In this document: piece after piece, positions 12,765 to 25,449 of the stretch
Layout of the letters: every line of letters begins with the position of its first letter
Numbering within the stretch: position 1 is the stretch's first letter
NCBI GenBank assembly: GCA_951406725.2
Contig: OX597832.1
Coordinates: 24,800,001-24,864,000, forward strand
DNA: 64,000 nucleotides
From: Octopus vulgaris
Lineage: Eukaryota
Direction of reading: 5' to 3'
Notes under the pieces: generated by a model
What the model saw: only the letters and a program-made list of their open reading frames with translations
What the model was told of the DNA's origin: nothing
Databases searched by the model: none
Position numbers and translations under genes: made by a program

Positions 12765-12930
12765 AATTATTCCAAACGTAATTGGTGCAATTGGCACACA
12801 TCCCAATTACTTCCCAAATGACTGAAAGAAGTTGGAAATGAAACTCGCGTCGTTGTCGTCCTGCTTAAATTTACCATGTCACATTCTGCAAGAATCCGAG
12901 GGAAGATCCTGCAGATTTGAGGAGCCTTCT
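12765..12930 (+). mobile_element. R4/Dong-like (RLE) non-LTR retrotransposon 3' remnant
   Basis: Translates IIPNVIGAIGT...(LP)CHILQES, resembling the IPVVIGALG...ARILRK C-terminus seen at 55677-55860; downstream of (AAT)n. Confidence 0.5.
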
Positions 12931-13009
12931 CACCAAACATCAAAATAAAATACCTGCTGACTATATTAGCATGTACTAGCGTAATAATAACGGTCTCCGA
13001 TTTTAGGAC

Positions 13010-13190
13010 GCCATTCGTAAGTTTTTGAGGGGAGGGACGAAGCAGACGACGTCCCGAAGAACTTGAATGACATTTGTTTATATGAAGGATGAATGTTAAA
13101 TTCGACCTCGGCAGAAATTTGAACTCGGAATGAAAAAGCGGTCGAAACGTGTCCAAGCATTTTGTAGACGCGCAAACGATTCTGCCAGCA
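13010..13190 (-). mobile_element. SINE family B, degenerate
   Basis: TTCGACCTCGGCAGAAATTTGAACTCGG...GATTCTGCCAGC. Confidence 0.7.
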
Positions 13191-13204
13191 TATTGCGTTT
13201 TGTA

Positions 13205-13390
13205 TGACTTTTTGTCTGCGGCCATGCTGGAGCCACGCCTTTAGTCGAACAAATCGACCCCAGGACTTATTCTTTGTAAGCCTAGTACTTATTCTATCGG
13301 TTTCTTTTGCCGAACCGCTAAGTTTCAGGGACGTAAACATACCAGCATCTGTAGTGAAGTGATGGCAGGCGGACAAACACAGACACACAT
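13205..13390 (-). mobile_element. SINE family A, 3' half
   Basis: GCGGCCATGCTGGAG...ATCGACCCCAGGACTTATTCTTTGTAAGCCTAGTAC. Confidence 0.8.
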
Positions 13391-13484
13391 ACATATATGT
13401 ATACACATACATGCACGCACCCACACACACACATATATATCAATAAATATATATATGTGCATATATATATACATGCATTATATA

Positions 13485-13530
<46 letters not shown>

Positions 13531-13697
13531 ATATATAAAGACCGAGAGAGAGAGAGAGACGTGTATATATATCTATATAAGTATGTGTATATTTATATAT
13601 ATATATACGTTAGTATATATGAGTGTGTGTGTATATATACAAATCACGTATATGTGCACACACACAAACATGCACACACACACACACATATATATAC

Positions 13698-14560
13698 ACT
13701 AGGCTGAGCTAAATATTTTTCATACTTTAAGCTTTGATTAGTAGTCCAAAGAAACCTCATAGGAAATACATTTATTCATCAATATATATCTCATCGTATT
13801 CTGTTTACTGTTGCTATCGTTTCGCCAAAATCTCAATACAACTCTATTCCGGTTCAAAAATCTTACTGCATTCGTTTTCAACCAGATCCAAATTTTAGAA
13901 CCTCCGTCTGTGTAGGAAAAAATTATAATCTGATGGTGCAGGTCCTGTACTGTCGGTAGGATGCGACAACATCTCCAGTTCCTCACGTTCCTCTTGTTTG
14001 TGATTGGTCACAGGGTTTGCCTGTGTGCTGGTGCATTATCAGGCTGTAGGATTTCGTGTCTTTGATTGGCCAATACCGGTTGGCGGGATTTCAAAGCATC
14101 ACAACGTCGCTGCAGTTGCTGAGCATAAAAGTTAGCACTCAAAGCGTAACCATCTGGGACACGCCCAAAATTCAACTTCAACAGAATCTGATTTTGGTAC
14201 TGAGTTCAGTTCCTCCATATCAACTTAAACTTTCGTATCTTTCGAAGTCGATAAAACAGAGATGGAGTCTAGAAGACTACATGTGAATTATTAACATGTT
14301 GGGTAGCATCCGTTCAGTTAGGTTTATCAGCTCACTATTATCTGGCGACAATTGCTACCATTGCACTAGCACCTGAGCCGGGGTGTGTCCGCTTTACTTT
14401 TCTCCTGGACAATATCGACGGGCGTGGATAAGCATTTTATATATTTCCACAACAAATCTTGTCCAGTCATGCTCGCGAGTGAGATTGGTGGCGACATCAA
14501 TTCTACCTTCGCTAGAATACTGACAAAAATCAGACAGTACTATTATAATTGTAAAGAACT
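13698..14560 (-). mobile_element. Mariner (DD34D-type) transposon, decayed transposase
   Basis: Minus strand translates ANFYAQQLQRRCDALKSRQPVLANQRHEILQPDNAPAH and LEMLSHPTDSTGPAPSDYNFF...IYIDE*, matching mariner HDNARPH and HPPYSPDLAPSDYHLF motifs; TIR-like end next to TA at about 13698. Confidence 0.85.
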
Positions 14561-14647
14561 TTTCCCACTCTAAATTTTGACGTGTATGAGTATGTGTGTA
14601 TGCATATATATGTGTAGGTGCCTGTTTGTATACCTATACATACGCAC

Positions 14648-14712
<65 letters not shown>

Positions 14713-14790
14713 GCAAACATACATATATATATATATATATATGTGTGTCTCTCTCTCTCACTCCCTCTTTCTGAATATATATATAGGCGC

Positions 14791-14840
<50 letters not shown>

Positions 14841-14903
14841 TAAATGTGTAGGTATGAGTTCATGAAAAAGATGCTGAAACTATCAATGTGTATGTATATG
14901 TAC

Positions 14904-14939
<36 letters not shown>

Positions 14940-15116
14940 ATAATCATGTAAGTTTATTTATTATATATGCGTTTATGTATGTGTATACACACATACACAC
15001 ACATATATATATATACATATATACCTGGTCTGCACACAAATAAATACACATAAATATATATATATGTATATATATATATATACACACACACATATATATA
15101 TAGAAATATAGATATG

Positions 15117-15172
<56 letters not shown>

Positions 15173-15597
15173 ATGTAATTTGTCGAAATTTGGAGGCTAA
15201 TAGAAAACAAATGCTAGATGTGGACAGTAGAGTGTTACAATTTCCTCCGTAACACCTCCCCCTACTTAACTTCATCTCATCCTCCTCCTCCCCATCCTCT
15301 CATTTTCACGTATTCTTCGTCTCGCTTTTCTAACGTTAACAAACGACAAAAAGAGAAATAAATAAATAAATAAAAAATAAATAAATAAATAAACGAGATA
15401 CAAAACAAAAAACAAAAGCAAAACGAAGAATCAAAAACAATCAGAAACTGCGTTATCTTTGAAGCGTAAAGACGGTGATTGGGCATCGGATCAATCATTC
15501 TGCTTCATCGATCTGCGAAAGGATGTCAGAGCGAGATCGTCAGCTTAATAGAATTGTGACCACGACTGATAAATAAATACAAGTTCTATAAGATTCT

Positions 15598-15610
15598 ACT
15601 ACTACTACTA

Positions 15611-15708
<98 letters not shown>

Positions 15709-15732
15709 ACTACTACTACTATTACTGCTACT
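15598..15732. repeat. (TAC)n/(TGC)n compound microsatellite
   Basis: Direct reading. Confidence 0.95.
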
Positions 15733-15967
15733 ATAGTTGTAAATTGTTTGTATCTGTAGCTTTTGGTTTCAGTAACTGTATAGTAAATATACTAGATCAT
15801 CAATGGTCAACCTTCTTTTGTACACGCCTTTTCTCACTGTGAGAAGGCGTGTGCATACATTGATGCATACATCCATCTCTATGTATGTATGTATGTATGT
15901 ATGTATGTATGTATGTATGTATGTATGTATGTATGTATGTATATATATATGCATACATACATATATA

Positions 15968-16090
15968 CTTTATTTAAAAGCAGCAGAAAATTCAACACCT
16001 GTTACTCTGAGTTTCACGTTCCCGTTCGTCGGACAACGTGAAACTCAGAGTAACAGGTTTTGTTGAATTTTCTGCAGCTTTTAAATAAAG
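15968..16090. repeat. Near-perfect fold-back hairpin (about 55-bp arms), Penelope-like inverted terminus
   Basis: CTTTATTTAAAAGC.GCAGAAAATTCAACA..CCTGTTACTCTGAGTTTCACGTT and its reverse complement flank a 14-nt loop. Confidence 0.9.
15998..16036 (-). ncRNA. Minimal type-I hammerhead ribozyme, U4C variant
   Basis: Minus strand TTGT-CCGACGA-ACG-GGAA-CGT-GAAA-CTC-A-GAG-T-A-ACAG: stem I 4 bp, stem II 3 bp plus GNRA loop, near-palindromic stem III ACTCAGAGT; predicted cleavage between 16003 and 16002. Confidence 0.65.
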
Positions 16091-16653
16091 CATATTACTC
16101 TACCACTGGTATTTGAGTACTCTTTTTTCCACCTTGTTTCACATTTCTGTGTTTACTCCGGTGTACATACATACATATATAAATATAAATACACATACGT
16201 ATATGTATGTATATGTGTGTGTGTGTGCTTGTGTGTGTATAAATGTGTGCATGTATATTATATATACAACAGTAAGGAAAAGTATGATAATAATTCTCAC
16301 TTGCCCAAGGTGCCACGCAGTGGTACTGAACCCGGAACCATATGGTTCGTAAGCAAGCCAAACTTACGCCTTTGAAAATGTTCTATTAAAGAGGAATCGT
16401 TAGTTTTCATGCGTTTCATGCGTTTCATATTAAAGATTATCGAAGTTAGCTTTCAAAGAACGCGAATTTTCCATGGATCTTTTCGTAAAGGAACATTTTT
16501 TAGCCTTTGGTGTGAGGGGAAAAACGTTTTTGTAAAAGTGTAGATAATGATATTTCAGTTAAACGAAAACTATTCGGTTAAACGAAAAGTTGAACCATAC
16601 GATGTTTCGTATTTTCTTCATCCTTCGCTATCAACTTTAGTTGGTATTTTTTT

Positions 16654-17042
16654 AGTGGAGGCGCAATGGCCCAGTGGTTAGGGCAGCGGACTCGCGGTCA
16701 TAGGATCGCGGTTTCGATTTCCAGACCGGGCGTTGTGAGTGTTTATTGAGCGAAAACACCTAAAGCTCCACGAGGCTCCGGCAGGGGATGGTGGTGATCC
16801 CTGCTGTACTCTTTCACCATAACTTTCTCTCACTCTTACTTCCTGTTTCTGTTGTACCTGTATCTCAAAGGGCCGCCCTTGTCACTCTCTGTGTCACGCT
16901 GAATATCCCCGAGAACTACGTTAAGGGTACACGTGTCTGTGGAGTGCTCAGCCACTTACACGTTAATTTCACGAGCAGGCTGTTCCGTTGATTCGGATCA
17001 ACCGGAACCCTCGTCGTCGTAACCGACGGAGTGCTTCCATCC
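16654..17042 (+). mobile_element. Full-length tRNA-derived SINE (family C) with target-site duplication
   Basis: A box TGGCCCAGTGG and B-box-like GGTTTCGATTTCC; 14-bp TSD AGTTGGTATTTTTT at 16639-16652 and 17043-17056. Confidence 0.9.
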
Positions 17043-17544
17043 AGTTGGTATTTTTTACTTAGCTTCTTCAAAAATCCGTTTCATACTAATTCATTATTAA
17101 AATAGGTTACTATAACACATCACTATAGTACGTTGAAACATCTACTAATGTTGATTCATGGGAGAGAATGCTGGAAAAATATAAGGAAATAATTTCAACA
17201 AGGCCGTCTAAGATGTAGTAGTGCTGAGATTCTTCGCCTTTTCAGAATGAGTTGTGAACGTTATTTAGGTTAAGAGTAATCTTGGTCTCGCCGCTTTTAT
17301 AACATTTTATCTTTAATAATCATATGCTAATAGGTTTTTTTTTTGGTTCACCTGACGATACCTACATCCATCAATTGTAACTATTCATTTTCTTGTGATT
17401 GGTATTTTAATGCATTTTTTTCTTTTTTACCTCGTGTCGTGGTTTGTGATGCTGTTCTGAGCGAGGATAATAGCACTAACGCTTGTCTCAATATATACAT
17501 GCACGGTTGAGTATATCTGTAAATCTATTATTTCTCTTGCTACA

Positions 17545-17617
<73 letters not shown>

Positions 17618-17696
17618 ACATACACACACACACACACAAACACACACTCACTTACACAGACACATACACACATATATACACACACACAAATGCACC

Positions 17697-18118
17697 TGGA
17701 GTGGCTGTGTGGTAAGTAGGTCTAGTCCCAGCGCGCAGCAACTTGAGCAAGTGTCTTCTACTATAGCCTCGAGTCGACCAAAACCTTGTGACTGGATTTG
17801 GTAGACGGAAACTGAAAGAAGCCCGTCGTATATATATATGTCTGTGTGTGTGTGTGTGTGTGTCTGTGTGTCTGTGTGTGTTTGTGTCTGTGTTTGTTCC
17901 ACCAACATCCCTTGACAACCGATGCTGGTGTGTTTACGTCCCCGTAACTTGCGGTTCGGCAAAAGAGACCGATAGAATAAGTACTAGGCTTTCAAAGAAT
18001 GAGTCCTGGGGTCGATTTGCTCGCCTAAAGGCGGTGCTCCAGCATGGCCACACTCAAATGACTGAAACAAGTAAAAGAGTAAAAGAGAGAGTAAAGAGTA
18101 AAGAGTAAAGAGTAACGT
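17697..18118 (+). mobile_element. SINE family A, near full length (head partly deleted), internal (TG)n
   Basis: GGAGTGGCTGTGTGGTAAG...GAAACAAGTAAAAGAG tail repeats. Confidence 0.85.
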
Positions 18119-18392
18119 ATATAAAAGTAGGACTAAATGTTAATCTGACGAACCGCCACTCAGATTTACAGAAATATACATTTTTTGTAATCTGTCACAA
18201 ATATTACTTTAGGTGCAGCTTGGTGGGAAATGGAGAGGTAAGAAACAATTGTGAGAGAAATTAGTGTTTTGCTCAATTCATTCTTCGTCTACAGCCTTAA
18301 CTTATTATTTACTCAACGAAATACATTCTAGAAATAATATATTTCTAAATCTCTCAGAGAGATTTATTCAGTTGCAGCACGATAAAGTGATA

Positions 18393-18521
18393 GCATGTTG
18401 TCAACTTAATGTGAGAGTCCTATAAAAAGGAACTGTGAAGTCCAACAGGTAACGGTGTTTCCTAGGGCTAAACAACAGTAGCATTCTTCCCTTTTATGGG
18501 ACTGTCATATTGACACCATGC
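18393..18521. repeat. Degenerate inverted repeat (about 38-bp arms)
   Basis: GCATG.TGTCAA...TGA.AGTCC.ATAAAA.GG versus its reverse complement at 18487-18521. Confidence 0.55.
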
Positions 18522-19498
18522 GGAATACGTTCCAGTTTTTCTGTCCACCCTTGAGTTACTGCACCGGCGAGTTTGTTATTTATTTAAGTCTGTGTATGAA
18601 AGTGGAGGTAGCCGGTAGGGGTTCGTGTCGAGTGCTGTATAAAAAATGTTCCGAGTTCTTAATAAGTTCAAATTTACACTACACACACACTCACAAACAC
18701 ACACACACACACACGCACACATACACACACAAACACACACACACACACACACATACACACACAAACACACACACACACATACACACACATACATACACAC
18801 ACACATACATATATGTATATATATATATATATATATATAATGTATTCAAACATATGCGCACATGTCAGCACAAACACGCACACACTCATATGAATACACA
18901 CAGACGCGCACACGCTCACGCACACACACACATTTAAACACACAGACGCACACACACAATCACACATACACATACACAAACACATATATATACACATATA
19001 TGTATATATATAATATATTCAAACATATACGCACATGCAAGCATGCACACGCACACACTAATATGGATACACACACGCGCACACGCTCACCCACGCACAC
19101 AAACAAGGACACATAGACACACACACACACACGCACACACACGCACATATATATACACATATACATATGTCTGAGGTATTCGTTGGTTCTTCAGTCACAT
19201 AAGTTCATCAAACCTTTGATATTTCAGAAGAAAGAGACAGGAGGGGAGAGAGGAACAGAGAGAGAGAGAGAGAGAGAGGGAAAGAGAAAGAGAGAGAGAG
19301 AGAGAGAGAAACATAGAGGGAGAAAGGGAGAGAAAGGGAGAGAAAGAGGGTTAACACAGAGACTAACTGACAGTGAACAAGTTTAACCTTTCACTATCTT
19401 TACCGACTATTAGCAGCCATTCAAAGTTTACATTTCATTCTTTGTATGTGTCTTTGATGATTGATACCACACACACACACACACACACACACTCTCAC

Positions 19499-19561
<63 letters not shown>

Positions 19562-19633
19562 CATACATCCATGCATACAAATTATCAATATATTTTATTC
19601 TCAATATCACCACAACCGTTTTATTATTACTGC

Positions 19634-19711
<78 letters not shown>

Positions 19712-19776
19712 TGCGTGTTTGTGTGATTGTATGTGTGTGTGTGTGATATATATATCTGTGTGTATACATATATATG

Positions 19777-19810
<34 letters not shown>

Positions 19811-19842
19811 CATATATATATACATATGTATATATATGTATG

Positions 19843-19873
<31 letters not shown>

Positions 19874-19895
19874 CTATGTATATTTATATGTACAC

Positions 19896-19970
<75 letters not shown>

Positions 19971-20440
19971 TACTCATATATATATACGTGCACACACACC
20001 GAAATAGATACATATACATATATATGTATATACACATAAACCCCGTGGAAAAATTTCTTTAATATGGCTTCTAACGGTTCTGGTTCATATGTATTCCGTA
20101 ACAGGTCATTTATGTCTTACAATCTCTAATCTTATATCTTCCAATCATCTGATATTATGCATTTTACGTTTAGTATCTTTCGTACAGGATGTCTTTGCCT
20201 TCTTTTGAAATACTTGTAGCTATATCACTTATGTATTTAATGTTTTACGTTGATATACTGATAACTTTTTGCTTCACTTGCTGTCATTGCTATCGATGGA
20301 TCGTAAATATTCATGTTCTTTGTATTCGAGATATTTGTGATGGCGGATATTTTGAGGCATTAGAGCTGACGTTTTTGTAGTTGTGTAAGTTGCTTAACTA
20401 GTATCGCCGTTGTGTTTGTGATCAATACTAGCAATATGAT

Positions 20441-20512
<72 letters not shown>

Positions 20513-21299
20513 CATATACATAGACATATATGTATACATATAAATATGTATATATATACATATATATGTGTGTATATATACATATGTATATATACACACA
20601 ATATATATATATATATACATATATATACGTATTTATATATATATAAATGTATATATGTATATAAATATGTATATATATATATATATGTACACGCACACAC
20701 ACATATATTTAATATATGTATGTGTATATATATGTGTATGCATATATATATATATATTTATGTATATGTACACGCACACATATATTTATATATATATGCA
20801 AATACATATATGTATGTATATATATATATGTATATGTATACATATAAATATGTATACATATACATTTATGCATATATACATGTATATATATATATATGTG
20901 TATATATACATATGTATATTATATTATATATATACATACACGCACACACATACACACACACACACACATATATATATATAGTTAAGGTATAAAGCTCGCC
21001 CCCCTGTGTTATCCAGTGGTAGTATTATACATAGTTCCAAGCCTTGCGTTTGGGCATCTGTCGTGTGTCGATTGATAACTAAGAAGATTGGAGTCAGGCT
21101 TAATATAAGGCGAATATATTTGCCTTTTCCCTTATTATTGACTAATAACGTAAACGCCTGCAGTGCATCGCCTAATCAGCAGTTTATTGCGGTGACTAAT
21201 GTCATTGAATCTGTAACACCGGAAGGATGACTGGTAACGCCATCTCTACACCTTAGAACGAAATGCAGTTAAATACATCTGGATAAACCTGTTATAGAG

Positions 21300-21900
21300 A
21301 CCTTGCACATCATATTAAACATTTATTTAAACGACTGTACATAATACATAACATATGTATCGGACACATCGTAAGGGCAAAGGAAACAGCTTTTATGGGG
21401 AAAAAATCTATATAAGTTCTCAGTTCAGTAGATAAGCAGCCATATCACTCCGCCACCATCACGTCTCCGTATTTTAACCCTTTGCCTGTCCCCTGCACGT
21501 GATCCACAAAACATATTTCTCTGGTGTTCATATGATGCATATTCCCGTGCATGTCCACTATATCTTCCTCTGAAGATTTCTCCTGCTGTCCTTTCAAACC
21601 TTTGCGAGTTTCTCCTCCTATTCCTTTCTGTCTTCTGTTTATCGCACGCGATACATAGAACACATTTCCCTGGTGCACATCCATAATATATCATACATTA
21701 ATTCTATTTGTTCAACCAAAAATGTTGCTTGGGACTAATAAAAAGATATCTTTTTTTTTTCGCTCAAAACGTATGAAAAAGGTTAGCTAAAAGAGAACTG
21801 TTTCTTCATTCTGAATTATTCGAATACTTATATCGGATACTTCGTAAGCTCTAATGGAAAGGGCTTTCATTGGGAGAAAACCTATATAAGTTCTCAGTTT
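21300..21900 (-). mobile_element. Possible decayed Tc1/IS630-like transposase with a 70-bp duplicated segment
   Basis: Minus strand ...HAREY...RRRDGGGVIW...ELRTYIDFF resembles Tc1 RRQxGGGxVMxW and xxTYxDFL; direct repeat at 21357-21425 and 21831-21899. Confidence 0.35.
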
Positions 21901-22487
21901 CTTATTTCTTTACTACCCACAAGGGGCTAAACACAGAGGAGACAAACAAGGACAGACAAAGGAATTAAGTCGATTACATCGACCCCAGTGCGTAACTGGT
22001 ACTTATTGAAACGACCCCCAAAGGATGAAAGGTAAAGTCGACCGCTAAGCATTTCGCCCGGCGTGCTAACGTTTCTGCCAGCCCACCGCCTTTATATTCT
22101 TTTCTACTCTAGGCACAAGGCTCGAAATTTTGGAGGAGGAGGCCAGTCGAGTAGATCAATCACTGTGCCTATCTGGTACTTAATTTATCGACCCTCAAAG
22201 GATGAAAGGTAAAATTGACCTCAGGGGAAGTTTCACTCAGAACGTAGCAGCAGACGAAATATCTATTTCTTTACTACCCACAAGGGGCTAAACACAGAGA
22301 GGACAAACAAGGACAGACAAACGGATTAAGTCGATTACATCGACCCCTGTGCGCAACTGGTACTTAATTTATCGACCCCGAAAGGATGAAAGGCAAAGTC
22401 GACCTCGGCGGAATTTGAACTCAGACCTTAACGGCAGACGAAATACGGCCACGCATATCGCCTGGCGTGCTAACGATTCTGCCAGCT
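21901..22487 (-). mobile_element. SINE family B trimer with two tail types
   Basis: Three cores; tail-to-body junction GAAATA|GATATTTCG at about 22260. Confidence 0.85.
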
Positions 22488-22582
22488 CGTCTCGTGTTTT
22501 TTGTATCGTCTATCTGGAGGTTTTGTTGTCCCTTTTTGTATCATCTAGTTGTTCGGATGTTTTGCGTTCTTGTCCCATTTTG

Positions 22583-22637
<55 letters not shown>

Positions 22638-22772
22638 AATGAGGTAATCAGATCGGATGGTTCATATTTATAGATATTTATTTATATATTACATTTTTTA
22701 CATATATATCATATCATTCAGATCATATCATTCGGATTAGCGCTTTCTCCCAATCCAGTGGGGTTTTCAAAT

Positions 22773-22825
<53 letters not shown>

Positions 22826-22828
<3 letters not shown>

Positions 22829-23240
22829 TATATATCCAACGGTCTTCTTTCAGTTTCAGTCTAAAATCCCCTCACAAGGTTTTGGCCGGCTCGAGGCTAT
22901 AGTAGAATACACTTGTCCAAGGTGCCACGCAGTAGGACTGAACACGGAACTATGTGGTTGGGAGGCAAGCTTCTTACCACACAGCAACGCCTACGCCTAT
23001 ATATATATGCATGCATTTATGTATGTATGTATATATGTATGTATATGTGTATGTCTGTGTGTCTGTGTCTATATTCAGCCCCACCAACGGTTGACAACCG
23101 TTGGTGGTGTGTTTACTTTCTCGTAACCAAGTTGTTCATCTAGGTTCAAAAGAAAGTCATGGGGTCGATTTGTTCGACTAAAACCCTTCAAAGCGATGCC
23201 CCAGCATGGCCGCTGCCAAACGGCTGAAAGAAGTAAAAGG
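22826..23240. mobile_element. SINE family A halves in opposite orientation
   Basis: 5' half on minus (22826-23000), 3' half on plus (23050-23240), joined through TA/TG microsatellite. Confidence 0.7.
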
Positions 23241-23730
23241 AAAAATATTTTTTAGACAAATACATATATAAAAAATACAAAATACAAATATATATTTGTG
23301 TTTATATATGTGGCTATATATCAATGCAGTTGTCTGTGTATGTATGCATGTAAGAATATATATTTTTTTCAGTATGGCAGATGTTACAACCAAATATATT
23401 TGGCCAAACCCGGTATATATTTTCGTTCCAAAGAGTAAACAACGTCACGTGGTACGAGAAGCAAAGAAAAAAAGAGAGTTGAAGATATAAATACGCATAA
23501 AAATACAAGTACAGACTTATACAGCACATAAACACACAGGAAGACGCAGACACAACGGGTACACATACGCACGCAACAGCACTCAAGACGTGTAAATATA
23601 CACTGACAAACATTTTTTACATACATAAATATATTATACAAACACACACGCGTGCACACACACACACGCACACATGTATATATACACACATTAACACACA
23701 GACACATGTATATATATATTCACATATCTG

Positions 23731-23771
<41 letters not shown>

Positions 23772-23970
23772 TATATATACACGATATATATGTATATATA
23801 TATATATACATACGTATATATATATATATATATATATACAGATGTGTGTATATATAAATACATATATGTATAATATATTCATGTAATATATAAGTATATA
23901 CATATATATTCTATCCTGTAACACACATATATATAATACATACATGCATACATATATATATACATACATA

Positions 23971-24007
<37 letters not shown>

Positions 24008-24109
24008 TATCCTGTAATATATTTACTTTCATGAAAAATGTTATACGTATATATTATATAAATGTATAAGCATGTATCCATACATATATGTGTGTGTTTG
24101 TTCATATAA

Positions 24110-24155
<46 letters not shown>

Positions 24156-24421
24156 GTGTGTGTAATAGTACACCTATTACATCGCTGTTAGTTCAAAATT
24201 AAGGTTATCATTTGGTTTGTAATAGAAGATTATAAAATATTTTCTTGGTATGTATATTTTGGGAAAGATTACACTCATAGATAGGCAACGTATCGATTTG
24301 CGTTACAATGTTGATTTTTTCCATATTCATTCTACCTATTTCTTTTCGGGGTATCATCGTATTCTTTATTAATTGAAAGATACTCCGAAGCCTATCAGTT
24401 ACATCCCGTGCATACACACGT

Positions 24422-24490
<69 letters not shown>

Positions 24491-24549
24491 CAAACTGACA
24501 GACACACATACACCTACAGTGGTACATACCAAAATATTGCTATATATAC

Positions 24550-24720
24550 GAGGAGTGATCAATAAGCATTCGGATTGTTGCCATACTAACGAAGGTAAAG
24601 CACGCAGATTGAAGCCGTTTGGCAAAGACTTACCTTGAACTGTGCTGAGCATGCGCACTAAGTTTTAACATTCTAGCTCACGGACACTTATTCATACGGA
24701 CACTTAAATCCCCTTATACA
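24550..24720 (+). mobile_element. Internally deleted mariner-like element (MITE)
   Basis: TA-CGAGGAGTGATCAATAAG mariner-type left end; partial complementary right end CGGACACTTATTCATAC. Confidence 0.5.
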
Positions 24721-24731
24721 TACATATATAC

Positions 24732-24774
<43 letters not shown>

Positions 24775-24857
24775 TAATGCAATACAAAGTATTGCCTTCC
24801 AGTAAAAAGTAGCCAGTAAATATCGGTACTTAGTTGTGCCATTTATTTACTAATTTG

Positions 24858-24921
<64 letters not shown>

Positions 24922-25103
24922 GACAGGCGCATATCACTGGGTGTGAGATTCATTGTTTTCTGTCACACAAAATGCGCTTTTTGTCTCGTTGCAACATTTT
25001 TCCTCGTTTGATTCCGGTTTGCCAACTTCAAATATATTTCAAAATATAAACTTCGTATCGCAGATATTTTGAAATCTCGTTTGTTTCTCTCTGTAAATTC
25101 CAG

Positions 25104-25159
25104 CGGCGATGATTCTGTGGTATACAACTGAATCGAGGCTTTTAGTCATAAACGTACAA
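25104..25159 (+). CDS. Candidate exon (AMILWYTTESRLLVINVQ)
   Basis: Pyrimidine tract plus CAG acceptor, donor CAA|GTGAGT; the downstream intron would be only 44 nt. Confidence 0.25.
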
Positions 25160-25203
25160 GTGAGTCAGTAGCAAGATATGTTTTGCAACGTCTTTCTTTG
25201 CAG

Positions 25204-25359
25204 TTAAATAACCATCAGTATGACAGGGAACTCTCTATCATTAAGCAGCACCGTGTTCAGAAACTAATATTGCGCTGTTTCCTTCGAAATAATACCCTCA
25301 AAATTGGCTGTCAAAATTTCATTGATGATCAGTTTACTACAGGTGACAGCTGCTTACGG
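25204..25359 (+). CDS. Candidate internal exon (LNNHQYDRELSIIKQHRVQKLILRCFLRNNTLKIGCQNFIDDQFTTGDSCLR)
   Basis: Acceptor TCTTTCTTTGCAG, donor CGG|GTGAGC, 156 nt, only frame 0 open; product unrecognised. Confidence 0.4.
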
Positions 25360-25449
25360 GTGAGCCGAATGTAAAGAAGGAAAGGAAAACTTAGACTTGG
25401 ATTTTTGGTCCTGGAAAGTTATTGTTTGCTCTAAATACTAAATGACAGA

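Noticed and set aside
14000-14095. CCAAT boxes plus an E2F/CHR-like motif (TTGGCGGGATTTCAAA) resembling a cell-cycle promoter
   Set aside because: It lies inside the mariner transposase reading frame on the minus strand (DALKSRQPVLANQ), so it is coincidental.
16654-16740. tRNA genes at SINE heads (also 40543, 43133, 60600, 62020-62091)
   Set aside because: A/B boxes are present but there is no full cloverleaf or poly-T terminator, and they continue into repeat bodies.
20189-20380. 63-aa hydrophobic ORF after an acceptor-like site
   Set aside because: AT-rich composition alone explains it; no supporting donor or homology.
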